The notes beneath the pieces are model-generated. The model ran no database searches. It had not been told where the DNA came from and worked only from the letters and a program-made list of their open reading frames with translations. The position numbers and the translations under genes were made by a program. A DNA stretch of 64,000 nucleotides from Candidatus Moraniibacteriota bacterium (GTDB lineage: Bacteria; Patescibacteriota; Minisyncoccia; Moranbacterales; GWC2-37-73). Below, in pieces: positions 28,323 to 38,765 of the stretch; the stretch's first letter is position 1, and each line of letters opens with the position of its first letter. The DNA is taken from contig DAOOTD010000001.1 in the NCBI GenBank assembly GCA_035390125.1, positions 241,936 through 305,935 of the forward strand, read 5' to 3'.

Positions 28323-29513
28323 TTATTTGTACGATTTATTTTTATTTTTCAGATATGAATAATATTCTTCGTTATTGCTGTTTTTTATTGAATATTTTTC
28401 AATCGCTTTTTTACAAGCTCTTTCGCCAATTTCTTTCCTTAAATTTTCATCAATAACAAGCCTCTCTATTTTTTCAAACCATTCTTTTTCTCCACTCGCA
28501 ACAAAGCCATCAATTCCATCCTTAATTGCTTCTCTGAAAGTCTGAGTTGCTGCTGCTATAGTTGGAATTTTCATTATTCCAGCTTCAAAAAATTTCAGTT
28601 CTGAACGAGCTTCGCAAAACGGATTCCCGATTTCCAGTGGCGCTAAATTAATATCCACATTGGCAATATTGGCAAAATGTTTTTCTCTAGGAACAAAAGA
28701 CAGCCTTATTGTCCTACTGGAAAATTTATTAAGCCCATTCTCTATATCCAGCGGCCCTGCTAAAAATAATTCGACATTTTCATATTTTTCCATGATCTGT
28801 ATCAATGGCCCAGTGATAGTTGCGAAATCTTTATTATGGCTGGATGTTCCGCTGAAATAACCTATCCTAACAGCTTCGTTAGCCTTTAGCTTAGTTAGCT
28901 TTTTAGCTTCAAGGATTCCAGCAGCTATTTCAATATCTTTTTCAGAAAGCTTATTGGAAACAACAAAAACTTTTTTGCCATATTCTTTTATTTTTTCCGC
29001 CAGAAAAACAGTTGAGGTTGTACAAACTTTAACATAAGGATCTCTAAGTATTTCTCCGCCTATTCCATTTTCAAAAAATTTCTTTTCAAATTCATTGGCA
29101 TTTTTGAAAAAGTCCTGCTGTTTGATATATCCGGGATCAAAAAGCAGATCATCAGTTTCAAAAATAATTTCCTTATTTTCTTTCTTAAGCTTCTTTATAA
29201 ATTTTTGGATTTGCGGAATATAGGAAACCTTGTGAAAAACAAAAATGTTGAACTTGTCCGCACAGGACATCAGCATTGGATGTTCCTGGACAACAGAAGA
29301 GCATTTAAGCCCATGTAGACTCAATTCCTCTGCTACATTAAGCACGCGATAACGTGAGCTATCCCCCACTATTCCGCTGGAAATGAACAATACGTCGCCT
29401 GATCCAGCAGGATGCAACATTGAAAAGAAAACCTTTATAATCTTTTTCAGCCCATAAAAAAACCCTTCTTGCCCGAAAATGGCTCTTATTTTTCCTAAAT
29501 ACCTTTTAAGCAT
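28323..29513 (-). CDS. glycosyltransferase, GT4-like (GT-B fold)
   Basis: C-terminal E-x7-E region ([18 protein letters not shown]...DGIDGFVA). Confidence 0.65.
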   Translation of the reverse strand: MLKRYLGKIRAIFGQEGFFYGLKKIIKVFFSMLHPAGSGDVLFISSGIVGDSSRYRVLNVAEELSLHGLKCSSVVQEHPMLMSCADKFNIFVFHKVSYIPQIQKFIKKLKKENKEIIFETDDLLFDPGYIKQQDFFKNANEFEKKFFENGIGGEILRDPYVKVCTTSTVFLAEKIKEYGKKVFVVSNKLSEKDIEIAAGILEAKKLTKLKANEAVRIGYFSGTSSHNKDFATITGPLIQIMEKYENVELFLAGPLDIENGLNKFSSRTIRLSFVPREKHFANIANVDINLAPLEIGNPFCEARSELKFFEAGIMKIPTIAAATQTFREAIKDGIDGFVASGEKEWFEKIERLVIDENLRKEIGERACKKAIEKYSIKNSNNEEYYSYLKNKNKSYK

Positions 29514-29617
29514 AAGATTTATTCCTTTATAAATTACAGGAATCGCCTTGCAATTTCAAGGCTACCTTTAAACTTTTGGAATGATTCAATTTTACCTTAA
29601 AAATTTTTTAAAATCAA

Positions 29618-29645
29618 AAAGGATGGCAAATCCCATCCTTTTTAT
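29618..29645 (-). terminator. terminator after the CARDB gene
   Basis: AAGGATGG-caaatc-CCATCCTT, followed by a T-run on the minus strand. Confidence 0.5.
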
Positions 29646-29668
29646 TAGCAAGTCTTTTTTATCTTGAG

Positions 29669-30591
29669 TTAATGAATAGGAATTACGGTTTTAGTGGAAA
29701 CATTATTTCCCTCGTTGCTTTCATTAACATCATCATCAGTATCAACAACAACTTTGGTCGCATAAGTTGACCATCCACCATAAGTATACTCGCAAGAAAC
29801 ATCCTTGCTTTCTCCAGCTTTCAATTCATCAATTTTGCCATCACAAGAAGCCGAATAGGCATTTGACCACCATTCCCATTTAAAGGAACCAGCGTTTGTT
29901 TGGCCCTTATTTTTAATGGTAATTTTAACTTTGAATTCTTCCCCCATTACCGGGTCATGATTAAAATCATATTCACTGACAGACAAATCAGCTTTTCCAT
30001 GAATAGGAACAACTTGTTTTTTGGCAACATTATTATTTTCATCGCTTTCATCTACATCATTCTGGGAATCAACAATAGCTTTTGTCGCATAATCTGACCA
30101 GCTTGAATAAGTATAATTGCATTGGACAGTGTTGCTGCCGCCAGCCTGAATGGCTGATACTTTCTTCTTGCATATCTGTTCAGAAGCAGTTGCCCACCAT
30201 TCCCAATAAAATTCTCCTGACGCAGCTTGCCCTTTATTGGCAATTTCCACTATAACAACAAATTCAGATCCCATTTTTGGTTCTTCACTAAAAACATATT
30301 TTTCACGTAGAGATCAGCCTTTTTAACCTCTACAGGTACTGCCGTGGCTGTTCCATTAGCCGGAGGATTTACATTTGGAGTAATTTCCTTTGCAACTTCT
30401 TCATTTGCAGGTGTGTTATTTTTAACAGTTTCATTTTCCTTTTGGGAATTTTTAATCAAGCTATTAACAAAAAGAGTGGCTAATATAATAACTGCTGCAG
30501 ATAAAATAATTATTATAAATATTAAAATTTTCTTTGAATTAGGCGCTTTGCCTGATTCATTATTGATATTGGATACATTTTCTTGTTCCAT
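29669..30591 (-). pseudogene. membrane-anchored surface protein with two CARDB-like domains, interrupted by a 1-nt frameshift in an A5 run (about 30299-30303)
   Basis: ORFs 30250-30591 (TM anchor plus linker, ends ...KADLYVKN) and 29669-30274 (starts ...EKYVFSEEPKMGSEFVVIVEIANKG) together reconstruct a repeat that aligns to the second CARDB repeat (KADLSVSEYDFNHDPVMGEEFKVKITIKNKG). One extra A restores the frame. Confidence 0.6.
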
Positions 30592-30634
30592 ATTTTTATA
30601 ATTTAATATTTAATTTATTCTATTTTAGCTTATC

Positions 30635-31144
30635 TTACTGGGTTTGTCTAATTTTATTTTTCTGCCTCTTGTATAAAAAAATAGCATAAACAATGACTAA
30701 TATGGCTACATTCGGAAAAAATATAATTGGATTGCCCCAGCCGATTCCATCAATCATAAAATCAGATATTGGCCAGAGAAACGGGGTCGGAAAAAAATCA
30801 AAAGAATGGCTGGGAATATCTATTAAAATGTGAAGCCCCCAGGCGCCCAAAATCCAGTATGGTTTTTTGCGTATAAGCCAAACAGCAAAAAATGTCGCAA
30901 AAAAAATAATCAGGCTATGGGTAATGCCATAGAGAATATGCACATACCCTGGGATAAGGCTTTGATCCATATGCCCTTTGGAAAAATCTATTTCTTGAGC
31001 AAATCCCAGTATCCTAGCAGCCATAAAAATTCCAAAAGAAAAAATATCAGGACTTATTCCAATTAAAAAAGCTTTTATATAATCTTTGGCATTTTTTCTG
31101 CCAAAAGCTATGCCCCCGTAAAGACCGTGGGAAATTATATCCAT
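30635..31144 (-). CDS. membrane-bound metal-dependent hydrolase (DUF457/YdjM family)
   Basis: MDIISHGLYG... N-terminus, 4-5 TM helices, conserved His residues. Confidence 0.55.
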   Translation of the reverse strand: MDIISHGLYGGIAFGRKNAKDYIKAFLIGISPDIFSFGIFMAARILGFAQEIDFSKGHMDQSLIPGYVHILYGITHSLIIFFATFFAVWLIRKKPYWILGAWGLHILIDIPSHSFDFFPTPFLWPISDFMIDGIGWGNPIIFFPNVAILVIVYAIFLYKRQKNKIRQTQ

Positions 31145-31164
31145 ATTATTTTTGTGTCCTAAAA

Positions 31165-31929
31165 TTATTTAAGGAGCACTCCCCCATCAGCAACTATAAT
31201 CGATCCTGTCATATATGAAGATGCTTCGCTTGCCAAAAATAAAGCTATTGTTGCCATTTCATCAGGTTCGCCCATTCTTTTCATCGGTATAGACTTGGCA
31301 AAATCACTGGGATCAACTTGGCTGGTTCCTTCTGTTTGCACTCCGCCTGGAGCAATAGCATTAACTCTTATTCCCTTATCAACTAATTCCAGCGCTAAGT
31401 TTTTAGTAAACCCCCATACTCCATGCTTTGAAGCATCATAAGCTGCCAAACCAACCATACTTGGATGCAAGGCATCTATTGAAGCTATATTAATTATATT
31501 TCCTCCACCATTTTTTATCATTATTTTAGCAGCTTCTCTCGAGCACATAAAAACACCGCGAAGATTAACCATCTGAACTTTATCCCATTCTTCCACGCTC
31601 ATATCCATAGCATTAGCAAAAGGGAAAATTCCGGCATTGTTAATCATGATGTCAATTTTTCCAAAGTTTTTTTCAGTTTCATTTATCAGGTTTTTTACAT
31701 CTTCTTCAAGACTAACATCAGTTTTAACAAAAATAACCTTAACTCCAAATTCTTTGGAAACAAGACTGGCTTTTTGATTGCCAGCTTTCTCGTTTATATC
31801 TGCTATAACAACATCTGCTCCTGCTTCAGCAAACCGGCGCACTATTCCATAGCCTATACCCAAGGATCCACCCGTAACAATCACTGATTTGCTTTTAAAA
31901 TCAAAAATTTCTTCAATCTTTTTATTCAT
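31165..31929 (-). CDS. SDR-family oxidoreductase
   Basis: TGGSLGIG Rossmann motif, NNAG, and the catalytic Y-x3-K (YDASKHG). Confidence 0.8.
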   Translation of the reverse strand: MNKKIEEIFDFKSKSVIVTGGSLGIGYGIVRRFAEAGADVVIADINEKAGNQKASLVSKEFGVKVIFVKTDVSLEEDVKNLINETEKNFGKIDIMINNAGIFPFANAMDMSVEEWDKVQMVNLRGVFMCSREAAKIMIKNGGGNIINIASIDALHPSMVGLAAYDASKHGVWGFTKNLALELVDKGIRVNAIAPGGVQTEGTSQVDPSDFAKSIPMKRMGEPDEMATIALFLASEASSYMTGSIIVADGGVLLK

Positions 31930-31993
31930 ATTTTTTAATTATTTAATTTATTATTTTATTTTTTCTGCATTTCCTACAATAATATTTATTTTA

Positions 31994-32680
31994 TCATATC
32001 ACTTCATAAAACACATCCTTTCTTTCAATAATAACTTTCCACTGGTTCTTTTTAGCCACACGATAGAGTTTTTTATTGGGATTAAAACATATGGGCTTGC
32101 TGACTACTTTGAACATCGGAATATCAGACTCGGTATCTCCAACAGCTATGGAATTTTTGATAGTTAATTTTTCTTTTTCTATAACTCTTTGCAGAACTTT
32201 AGCTTTATTGCTTATCATCTCTCTATGCATTATCGCGCCAGTAAATATTCCTTTTTCGTTCACTTCATACATCCTTCCATATGCTTTATTAAAACCCATA
32301 CGTTTACAAAATTCATCCACTATTATTTTAGGAGAATTAGAAATAGCCAACAGAAAATAATCTTTTTTCTTAAGCTCTTGGATTAAATCTCTGGTATATT
32401 GATAAGTCTGGCTTCTTTTAGCAGCTATGACTTTTTTAGAAATTTTTATAAAATCATTATATTTAACTCCTTTTATGTTAAGCTCAAACGCCCTAACCAC
32501 TCTATCTATATATTTTTCATATGAATCTTTCCTGTTAAGCCAGTTTTTGTGCTGTTTAGAATAATATTTTTTAGCAGATGATTTAAACAGCCCAGCCTCA
32601 ATCAATGCTTCAGTTATTTCTATTAAAAGACTAGACCTGAAAATTGTTCCATCTATATCAAATATTGCAATTTTTTTCAT
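31994..32680 (-). CDS. HAD-IB family hydrolase (phosphoserine phosphatase-like)
   Basis: FDIDGTI motif I; GDTESD motif IV. Confidence 0.65.
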   Translation of the reverse strand: MKKIAIFDIDGTIFRSSLLIEITEALIEAGLFKSSAKKYYSKQHKNWLNRKDSYEKYIDRVVRAFELNIKGVKYNDFIKISKKVIAAKRSQTYQYTRDLIQELKKKDYFLLAISNSPKIIVDEFCKRMGFNKAYGRMYEVNEKGIFTGAIMHREMISNKAKVLQRVIEKEKLTIKNSIAVGDTESDIPMFKVVSKPICFNPNKKLYRVAKKNQWKVIIERKDVFYEVI

Positions 32681-32701
32681 ATTTCCATTTTAAATTTTAA
32701 G

Positions 32702-35149
32702 CTATAGGCTTATTTCTACTTTTTCACCATTAACCGCTTCTCCGGAAATTATTTTTTTAGCAATAATTCCTTCAACTGTATCTTCAATATATCTGTTTAC
32801 TGAACGCGCTCCGAAAATTGGATTATACCCTTTTTGGATTATGTCATTAATAACATTTTCACTAAAAGTTATTTCTATATTTTTTTCTTTAGCTACACGA
32901 CGTGCAAATTTATCTAATTGAAGACGTACAACGCTTACTAATTCCCGGCCATTGAGTGGACGGAAAAATATAACGCCATCAAAGCGATTCAAAAATTCGG
33001 TGCGAAATATGTTATTCTCAATTACGTAATCTATGATTGCCTCTTTTATTTCCTCTGCTGGAATATTTTCTTCAACCATTTTTTTAATCAATGATGCACC
33101 CGCATTAGATGTTGCAATAATCATGGTATTAGTAAAATTTATTTTTTCTCCGAAGGCATCTGTAACAAATCCTTCGTCAAGAATTTGAAGAAATATGTCT
33201 AAAATTTCAGGATAAGCTTTTTCTATTTCATCTAAAAGCAATAAAGAATAAGGATTGTCTTTTATTTGCGTAACTAACCTCCCCGGCTGATTAAGCTGAT
33301 TCGATCCCAATAAACGATCGATTGAATTGGGCATTTGAAATTCGCTCATATCTAAGCGAACTATTCTTGATTCATCCCCGAAATAAGCTTTTGCCAGAGC
33401 TTTAGCAGTTTCTGTTTTACCGACTCCAGTCGGTCCGAGAAAAAGAAAGCTTCCTATAGGTTTTTTTGAATTTCCTATTCCACTACGAGATCTTCGAAAA
33501 GCTTCAGCTACATGGTTTATAGCTTCTTCTTGGCCAATAACCTGTCGATGAAGCGTATCTTCAAGGTTTAATAGTTTTTTTCTTTCTTCGCCCTCAACCT
33601 GTCCGTGCTTCACTCCGGTTTTTAACGTCAGATAATCATTGACTGTTTTTTCAGTAATAAATTGTTCATCAGACTTTTTTTCCCAAAACATAAGAACATT
33701 CATTGCCAAATCCAATGCACGTTCAGGCAATGGAAATTCCCAATTATATCTACTACTGTTAGTTATGATTTCCTTTATAGATTTATAGGTAAATATTATC
33801 CTTTTATTTTCATATCTTTGCATTTGAAAAAGCAAAATTGCCGCTGTTTCATCTTCAGATGGCTCACGCATTTCAATAACCTCAAAATATTTTATAATCT
33901 GATCATGTTTCTCAATTAAGTGATGGTATTCTTTAGTGGTTGATGTGGCAATTATTTGAAAAGTTGGAACCTCGAGAAACTCACTAATAACCGCTGAAAT
34001 GTCTGGATGAAAAGTATTAACTTCCTTGCCTATAAAATTTTCCATATTTTCAATAACCAAAACAACATTACCTGCATAACTAGCTTCATGAAAAAGCAAA
34101 CGCATAAAATTCTCTACATCTTCTCCCTTGTTTATAGCATCAGAAATAGCCCGGCCTAAATCCAGCAGAAGTATCCTAATATCCTCTATTTCTTTTTCTT
34201 CATCTATTCGTATATTTCGTGCCAATGAATGAATGAGAGTTTTCTTGCCAACTCCAGAATTACCGACTATTAATACGCAATTCTGATCCGGCCGCTGAAT
34301 AATCATTTTAAGAATTTCATATTCTTCATTCCGTCCAATAAGTTCTGTCTTGCCGTAATCAGTCCAATCGCTTTCTGATAAATCCTTACAATATTTGTCT
34401 AAGTTAACGGTATAACCATAATGCCAATGCATTCCAATTGGCCTTATTTTTTTTAAATTTTCTAAACGCCAAAATCTTCCTGAATTGTTTTTTTTCTCTT
34501 CATCTAAAAACTCATGCCTTATTAAATATTGATAATCTTTTTGCGTAAGCCCTCTGGCTCTAAGAAAATCATCCAATAATTTTTCATCACTCATTATTTC
34601 TTTTGGAAATCTTTTGCCAACTATGCCAAGCCTTCCGCATATCCTTTCAAATGATTTGTGCTTTAAAAATTCATCAGGCCCCATTTCCGTTGCTACAATT
34701 TTTGTGTCATTAAGATAGCAATAAATTGAAAAAATTATCCAACCTAAAACAAAACCGCCTGAAAAAAACGGGTTAATAAGTCCCTTTATTGAGAATGCAA
34801 ATAAAAACAAGAAGAATAACGGGGCGCTGATCCAGATAAAGTTAATTACTATTCCAAAAAATATAACTGCAATAAATAATGCTATTCCAAAACAAATTAT
34901 TACCAAGCGGACTATTATGCCAATGAAGCGAGAAATTATATTCTCAATTATAATCTCAAGTGTCCTAAAGGGATGCAATCCGCGCCAGCTTTGTATAGAA
35001 ACGTCCCGATGCCAAGGATAAACCAACGTTTTTAAAAGTCGGAATATGGAGAAATTCCTAAAAACAAAAAACAGAAAGTTTTTCCAAATTTCCAATAGCT
35101 CCCAAACGCCTTGACTGTAATACCAATAAAAAAAATTAGGCTTTTTCAT
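32702..35149 (-). CDS. membrane-anchored double-AAA+ ATPase of the ClpA/ClpB class (N-terminal multi-TM domain, no M-domain)
   Basis: About 170 aa with 4 or more TM helices. D1 Walker A is GNSGVGKKT. D2 reads LFLGPTGVGKTETAKALA...LLLLDEIEKA...GARSVNRYI (ClpB-like sensor 2). No IGF/LGF loop was seen. Confidence 0.65.
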   Translation of the reverse strand: MKKPNFFYWYYSQGVWELLEIWKNFLFFVFRNFSIFRLLKTLVYPWHRDVSIQSWRGLHPFRTLEIIIENIISRFIGIIVRLVIICFGIALFIAVIFFGIVINFIWISAPLFFLFLFAFSIKGLINPFFSGGFVLGWIIFSIYCYLNDTKIVATEMGPDEFLKHKSFERICGRLGIVGKRFPKEIMSDEKLLDDFLRARGLTQKDYQYLIRHEFLDEEKKNNSGRFWRLENLKKIRPIGMHWHYGYTVNLDKYCKDLSESDWTDYGKTELIGRNEEYEILKMIIQRPDQNCVLIVGNSGVGKKTLIHSLARNIRIDEEKEIEDIRILLLDLGRAISDAINKGEDVENFMRLLFHEASYAGNVVLVIENMENFIGKEVNTFHPDISAVISEFLEVPTFQIIATSTTKEYHHLIEKHDQIIKYFEVIEMREPSEDETAAILLFQMQRYENKRIIFTYKSIKEIITNSSRYNWEFPLPERALDLAMNVLMFWEKKSDEQFITEKTVNDYLTLKTGVKHGQVEGEERKKLLNLEDTLHRQVIGQEEAINHVAEAFRRSRSGIGNSKKPIGSFLFLGPTGVGKTETAKALAKAYFGDESRIVRLDMSEFQMPNSIDRLLGSNQLNQPGRLVTQIKDNPYSLLLLDEIEKAYPEILDIFLQILDEGFVTDAFGEKINFTNTMIIATSNAGASLIKKMVEENIPAEEIKEAIIDYVIENNIFRTEFLNRFDGVIFFRPLNGRELVSVVRLQLDKFARRVAKEKNIEITFSENVINDIIQKGYNPIFGARSVNRYIEDTVEGIIAKKIISGEAVNGEKVEISL

Positions 35150-35206
35150 TGCTAGTTTTTGTTTTGATTTACTTAATTTTACATCATAAAAAATCGCTTT
35201 GCAAAT

Positions 35207-37018
35207 ATGAAAATAACGGGTATAATCGAAACAATGAAAGATTTAAAATTGTCATCAAAAGATTACCAATTTTTTCTTTTTAAGGCCCTGTTTTGGTTAG
35301 GCGCAGCCTGGATTGGTTTCATAGCCGCATTAGGAGGTTTTTTTTATGCGCCTTATTTATGGATTTTGATTGTTATTCTAGGAATCTTTCTGTTTTATTA
35401 TTTTATATTAAAAAATGGATATTCTGTAATTATTTCCCGTGAAATGCTGGCAATAAGCATGATATCAATTCTTACGGTAATCTTATTTTCTTATTTTTCA
35501 ACTCCCACTATTTTTTCAGGCAGGGATCAGGGATCTATTAGCGAAGCTGCTATAAGATTAGTTCAGAATCATACTTTTGAATTTTCAACTCCTGCTAGCA
35601 CGGAATTTTTTAAAATTTATGGACCAGGCCGAGCACTCAATTTTCCTGGTTTTTATTATTCCAATGAAGGTAACCTGACAACTCAATTCCCCTTGGTTTA
35701 CATAGTCTGGCTAGCACTTTTTTATTCTCTTTTTGGAACCATCGGATTCATAGTGGCTAATGCTATTTTGTTTTTTATTTTTATTCTTTCTTTTTATTTA
35801 CTTGCCAGGCTATTCTTAAGATTTCCCTATGCTTTATTAACACTAACTTTTACCTTAACTTCTTTTTCTTTCATGTGGTTCTCAAAATTTACGCTCAGTG
35901 AAAACATGGCATTGTCTCTTTTATGGCTATCCATATTGTCATTGATGCTTTTTCTGAAAAACTTTAGAAGATTTTATTTTTACGTATTCCTTATGTCTTC
36001 AACACTTCTTTTTTTCACACGCATTGAAGGAATCGCTATTATGATTGTTTCTGCAATCATAATCCTATACAATAGTGCTGTCAGAAAATTCATAAAAGAA
36101 AAAATTTTCCTGAGGTTCTTTCTGCCAGTAATATTTTTTACCATAATTTTTATAGCAAATATTTTCAGGGATTTCAGTTTTTATCACGAGGTTGCAAAAG
36201 TATTTTTATCCCCTTTTATTTACTCTCAAGACAGATATGCCGACGTACTTAAAGATATCGTTTTGCCAGCTTTTTATATTGAAAAGTTGTTCTTAATATA
36301 CGGATTAATAGGTTTTTTTATAGTCGGAGCTATTGGCATATTTTTTTTCATTTGGAAAAAAGAGTATTATAAGCTTATCCCTCTTTTTATAGCCCTGCCT
36401 ACTTTTATATATTTCTTTGATTCTCATATAACTAATGATAACCCTTGGATGCTCAGGCGATTTATGTTCTCTCTTTTGCCTATCGGAATTTTCTATTCTG
36501 GACTAATTTTGGGACGAGGCTTGGAAAATATGAAAAGTAAAAAAATCTTTATTTTTTCAGGCATTATTTCTATATTGCTTATTGTCAACAATTTTCCACC
36601 ATTTTTAAAATATCTAACTTTTTCAGAGAATCAAGGACTTGATAAGCAGACAGCAACATTCGCAAAAAATTTTTCCTCTCATGATCTCATCCTTATGGAC
36701 CGTGAAACAACTACTGATGGTTTAAATATGATTAGCGGACCCCTTAGTTCAATTTATGGGAAAAATGCAGTATATTTTTTCAATATAAATGATCTGGCAA
36801 AATTAGACCTAAAAAAATTCAGTAACACATATCTTGTTGCTCCAAATAAACAGGTGCCTTATTATTTAAATAGTTCAATAGCCAATAGGCTTGTACCAGA
36901 AAATGAATATAATTTTACTTTTTTAAAATTAAAAGCAAATCAGAATGATGGCGTCAAATGGCCAGAAAAAGAAGAGATTTCGGCAAGCGGTAAAATATTT
37001 AAAATTAAAAACAATTAA
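35207..37018 (+). CDS. polytopic membrane glycosyltransferase, GT-C fold (ArnT/PMT-like)
   Basis: More than 12 TM segments. The first external loop SGRDQGSISEAAIRL resembles the GT-C D-E-x-x-Y-A-E-I-A loop motif. Confidence 0.45.
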   Translation: MKITGIIETMKDLKLSSKDYQFFLFKALFWLGAAWIGFIAALGGFFYAPYLWILIVILGIFLFYYFILKNGYSVIISREMLAISMISILTVILFSYFSTPTIFSGRDQGSISEAAIRLVQNHTFEFSTPASTEFFKIYGPGRALNFPGFYYSNEGNLTTQFPLVYIVWLALFYSLFGTIGFIVANAILFFIFILSFYLLARLFLRFPYALLTLTFTLTSFSFMWFSKFTLSENMALSLLWLSILSLMLFLKNFRRFYFYVFLMSSTLLFFTRIEGIAIMIVSAIIILYNSAVRKFIKEKIFLRFFLPVIFFTIIFIANIFRDFSFYHEVAKVFLSPFIYSQDRYADVLKDIVLPAFYIEKLFLIYGLIGFFIVGAIGIFFFIWKKEYYKLIPLFIALPTFIYFFDSHITNDNPWMLRRFMFSLLPIGIFYSGLILGRGLENMKSKKIFIFSGIISILLIVNNFPPFLKYLTFSENQGLDKQTATFAKNFSSHDLILMDRETTTDGLNMISGPLSSIYGKNAVYFFNINDLAKLDLKKFSNTYLVAPNKQVPYYLNSSIANRLVPENEYNFTFLKLKANQNDGVKWPEKEEISASGKIFKIKNN

Positions 37019-37023
37019 ATATT

Positions 37024-38355
37024 ATGTTTGATTTAACTGAAGAAATAAAACTTGAAAATTATTTGCGCAAAAAATATTTGATTGCTAAGTTTTTCTTATA
37101 TTTGTTTTTTCTGATAGGCACACTTTTTATATTGAACCGAATTATTTTTCCTCTCATATCATTTTCTTTATCTTTTGACAATATAAACTCTCCTAAAAAT
37201 ACGCTGGACTTATCCAGTACAATGTCCCAAGCTGAAGCAATAAAAAAAGGCTTTGTCAAAAATAATGAGGATATGATCTTTACTGCAAGTCCCTTAGGAA
37301 ACTTCTCTTATTCCACTATTAAATTAAAGACAAGCAAGGATTCTGAAAATATCGAAGGAACTTCCATAAAGATACGCAGATCTTATGAAGCTTTTTTCTA
37401 TCCAACTGGTGATCCGGTTGGTTTCAGAAATGGAACTCTTCTTTTTGCAAACGGTTCTTATTATATAATTTCCGGTGATGCTCTCAGAAAATTTTCAAAT
37501 AATAATATAGTCGAACAGCTTGGTTATTCAAAAGACTCTTTTCTGAATGTTTCTTTAGATGATTTAAAATACAACAAAAATGGAGCTGATATAACTGATG
37601 CAAATATTTACCCAGATGACACTTTTTTTAATATTGGCGACACTTACTATCAACTAAAAAACCGCCAGCTTTTCCCTTTCGTAAGTGCCGGGGCCTTTTT
37701 GTCAAAATTCGAATCCGGACAAGCAATTATAAAAAATGATGATTTTTTAAACCGATATAAGATATCAGAAACATACCTTGGATTCACGGATGGCACATTA
37801 GCATCTTTGGCTCCATCGGTTTTTTTCCTGAGCGAAGAAAAAAGCTATCCTATATCAAATGCAGAAACTTTTGTCAAAAAGGGGTTCAATTGGGACGATG
37901 TTATTCAGATTAATTCGGAGGAACTCAGTATTTATAAAAAACAAAAACAATTCACTTATAACCAGCCACATCCGGATGGAACTTTATTTTTGGATAGGAA
38001 GACAAATACATATTTCATCATTAAGGATAAACAAAAGCGTCCCATAGAAAGTTTAGCTGTTGCCAAAACATATTCAAAACAGAAACCAGTAATAGTAGAT
38101 TCCGAAGAAAGCGAAACTATTGTTTCATGCCAATTGAAAAAAGTATTTTTTCCAAAAAACACATACGAATGTGATGCTATGCTTAATTCTATGAATAATT
38201 TTATTGGTATTGATTTTCAGATTGATTTAAAATTTGCAAATAATGCAAAAATAAATAATGCCAGCATAACCTTCTTTACAGCAAAGAATTTTGATAATTT
38301 CATGGCTTTTCTCTCGGGAACAAAAACGAGTCTAATAATTAATTATACTAAATAG
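37024..38355 (+). CDS. hypothetical N-terminally anchored extracytoplasmic protein (443 aa)
   Basis: Single N-terminal TM. No family recognised. Translationally coupled to neighbours. Confidence 0.4.
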   Translation: MFDLTEEIKLENYLRKKYLIAKFFLYLFFLIGTLFILNRIIFPLISFSLSFDNINSPKNTLDLSSTMSQAEAIKKGFVKNNEDMIFTASPLGNFSYSTIKLKTSKDSENIEGTSIKIRRSYEAFFYPTGDPVGFRNGTLLFANGSYYIISGDALRKFSNNNIVEQLGYSKDSFLNVSLDDLKYNKNGADITDANIYPDDTFFNIGDTYYQLKNRQLFPFVSAGAFLSKFESGQAIIKNDDFLNRYKISETYLGFTDGTLASLAPSVFFLSEEKSYPISNAETFVKKGFNWDDVIQINSEELSIYKKQKQFTYNQPHPDGTLFLDRKTNTYFIIKDKQKRPIESLAVAKTYSKQKPVIVDSEESETIVSCQLKKVFFPKNTYECDAMLNSMNNFIGIDFQIDLKFANNAKINNASITFFTAKNFDNFMAFLSGTKTSLIINYTK

Positions 38356-38360
38356 CCATA

Positions 38361-38765
38361 ATGTATATTCCAAAATTACCAGTACTAAATAAGAATTACG
38401 TGCTTATAGTATATAAACTTCTACATGATGCTTTATTCCTTTTGCTTATGTTTTTTATTTTTATGTTAATAGCTGAAGGGGCATTGCCTGGAGTTGTTTC
38501 TTCTCATATAAGCTTTATACTCGTCATTCTTCCTATATTATTAATTTTTATATTTATAATTCTCATAGGAAAAAAGTTTGACCTGACTTATACCTCTCCT
38601 GCAATCAAAAAAAACAGGTTATTGCCTGTTCTAATTCTGCTAACTTTTCTATTATTAGGAAATTCCCTTTTGAAATTTGCCTTTTGGGAAAATATAATTA
38701 TTGTAATTTCTACTTTATTTTTGTTTTTACTTTTATACCAAATAATTTTCGAGCCTAAAGATTAG
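38361..38765 (+). CDS. small integral membrane protein (134 aa)
   Basis: 3-4 hydrophobic helices. Confidence 0.35.
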   Translation: MYIPKLPVLNKNYVLIVYKLLHDALFLLLMFFIFMLIAEGALPGVVSSHISFILVILPILLIFIFIILIGKKFDLTYTSPAIKKNRLLPVLILLTFLLLGNSLLKFAFWENIIIVISTLFLFLLLYQIIFEPKD

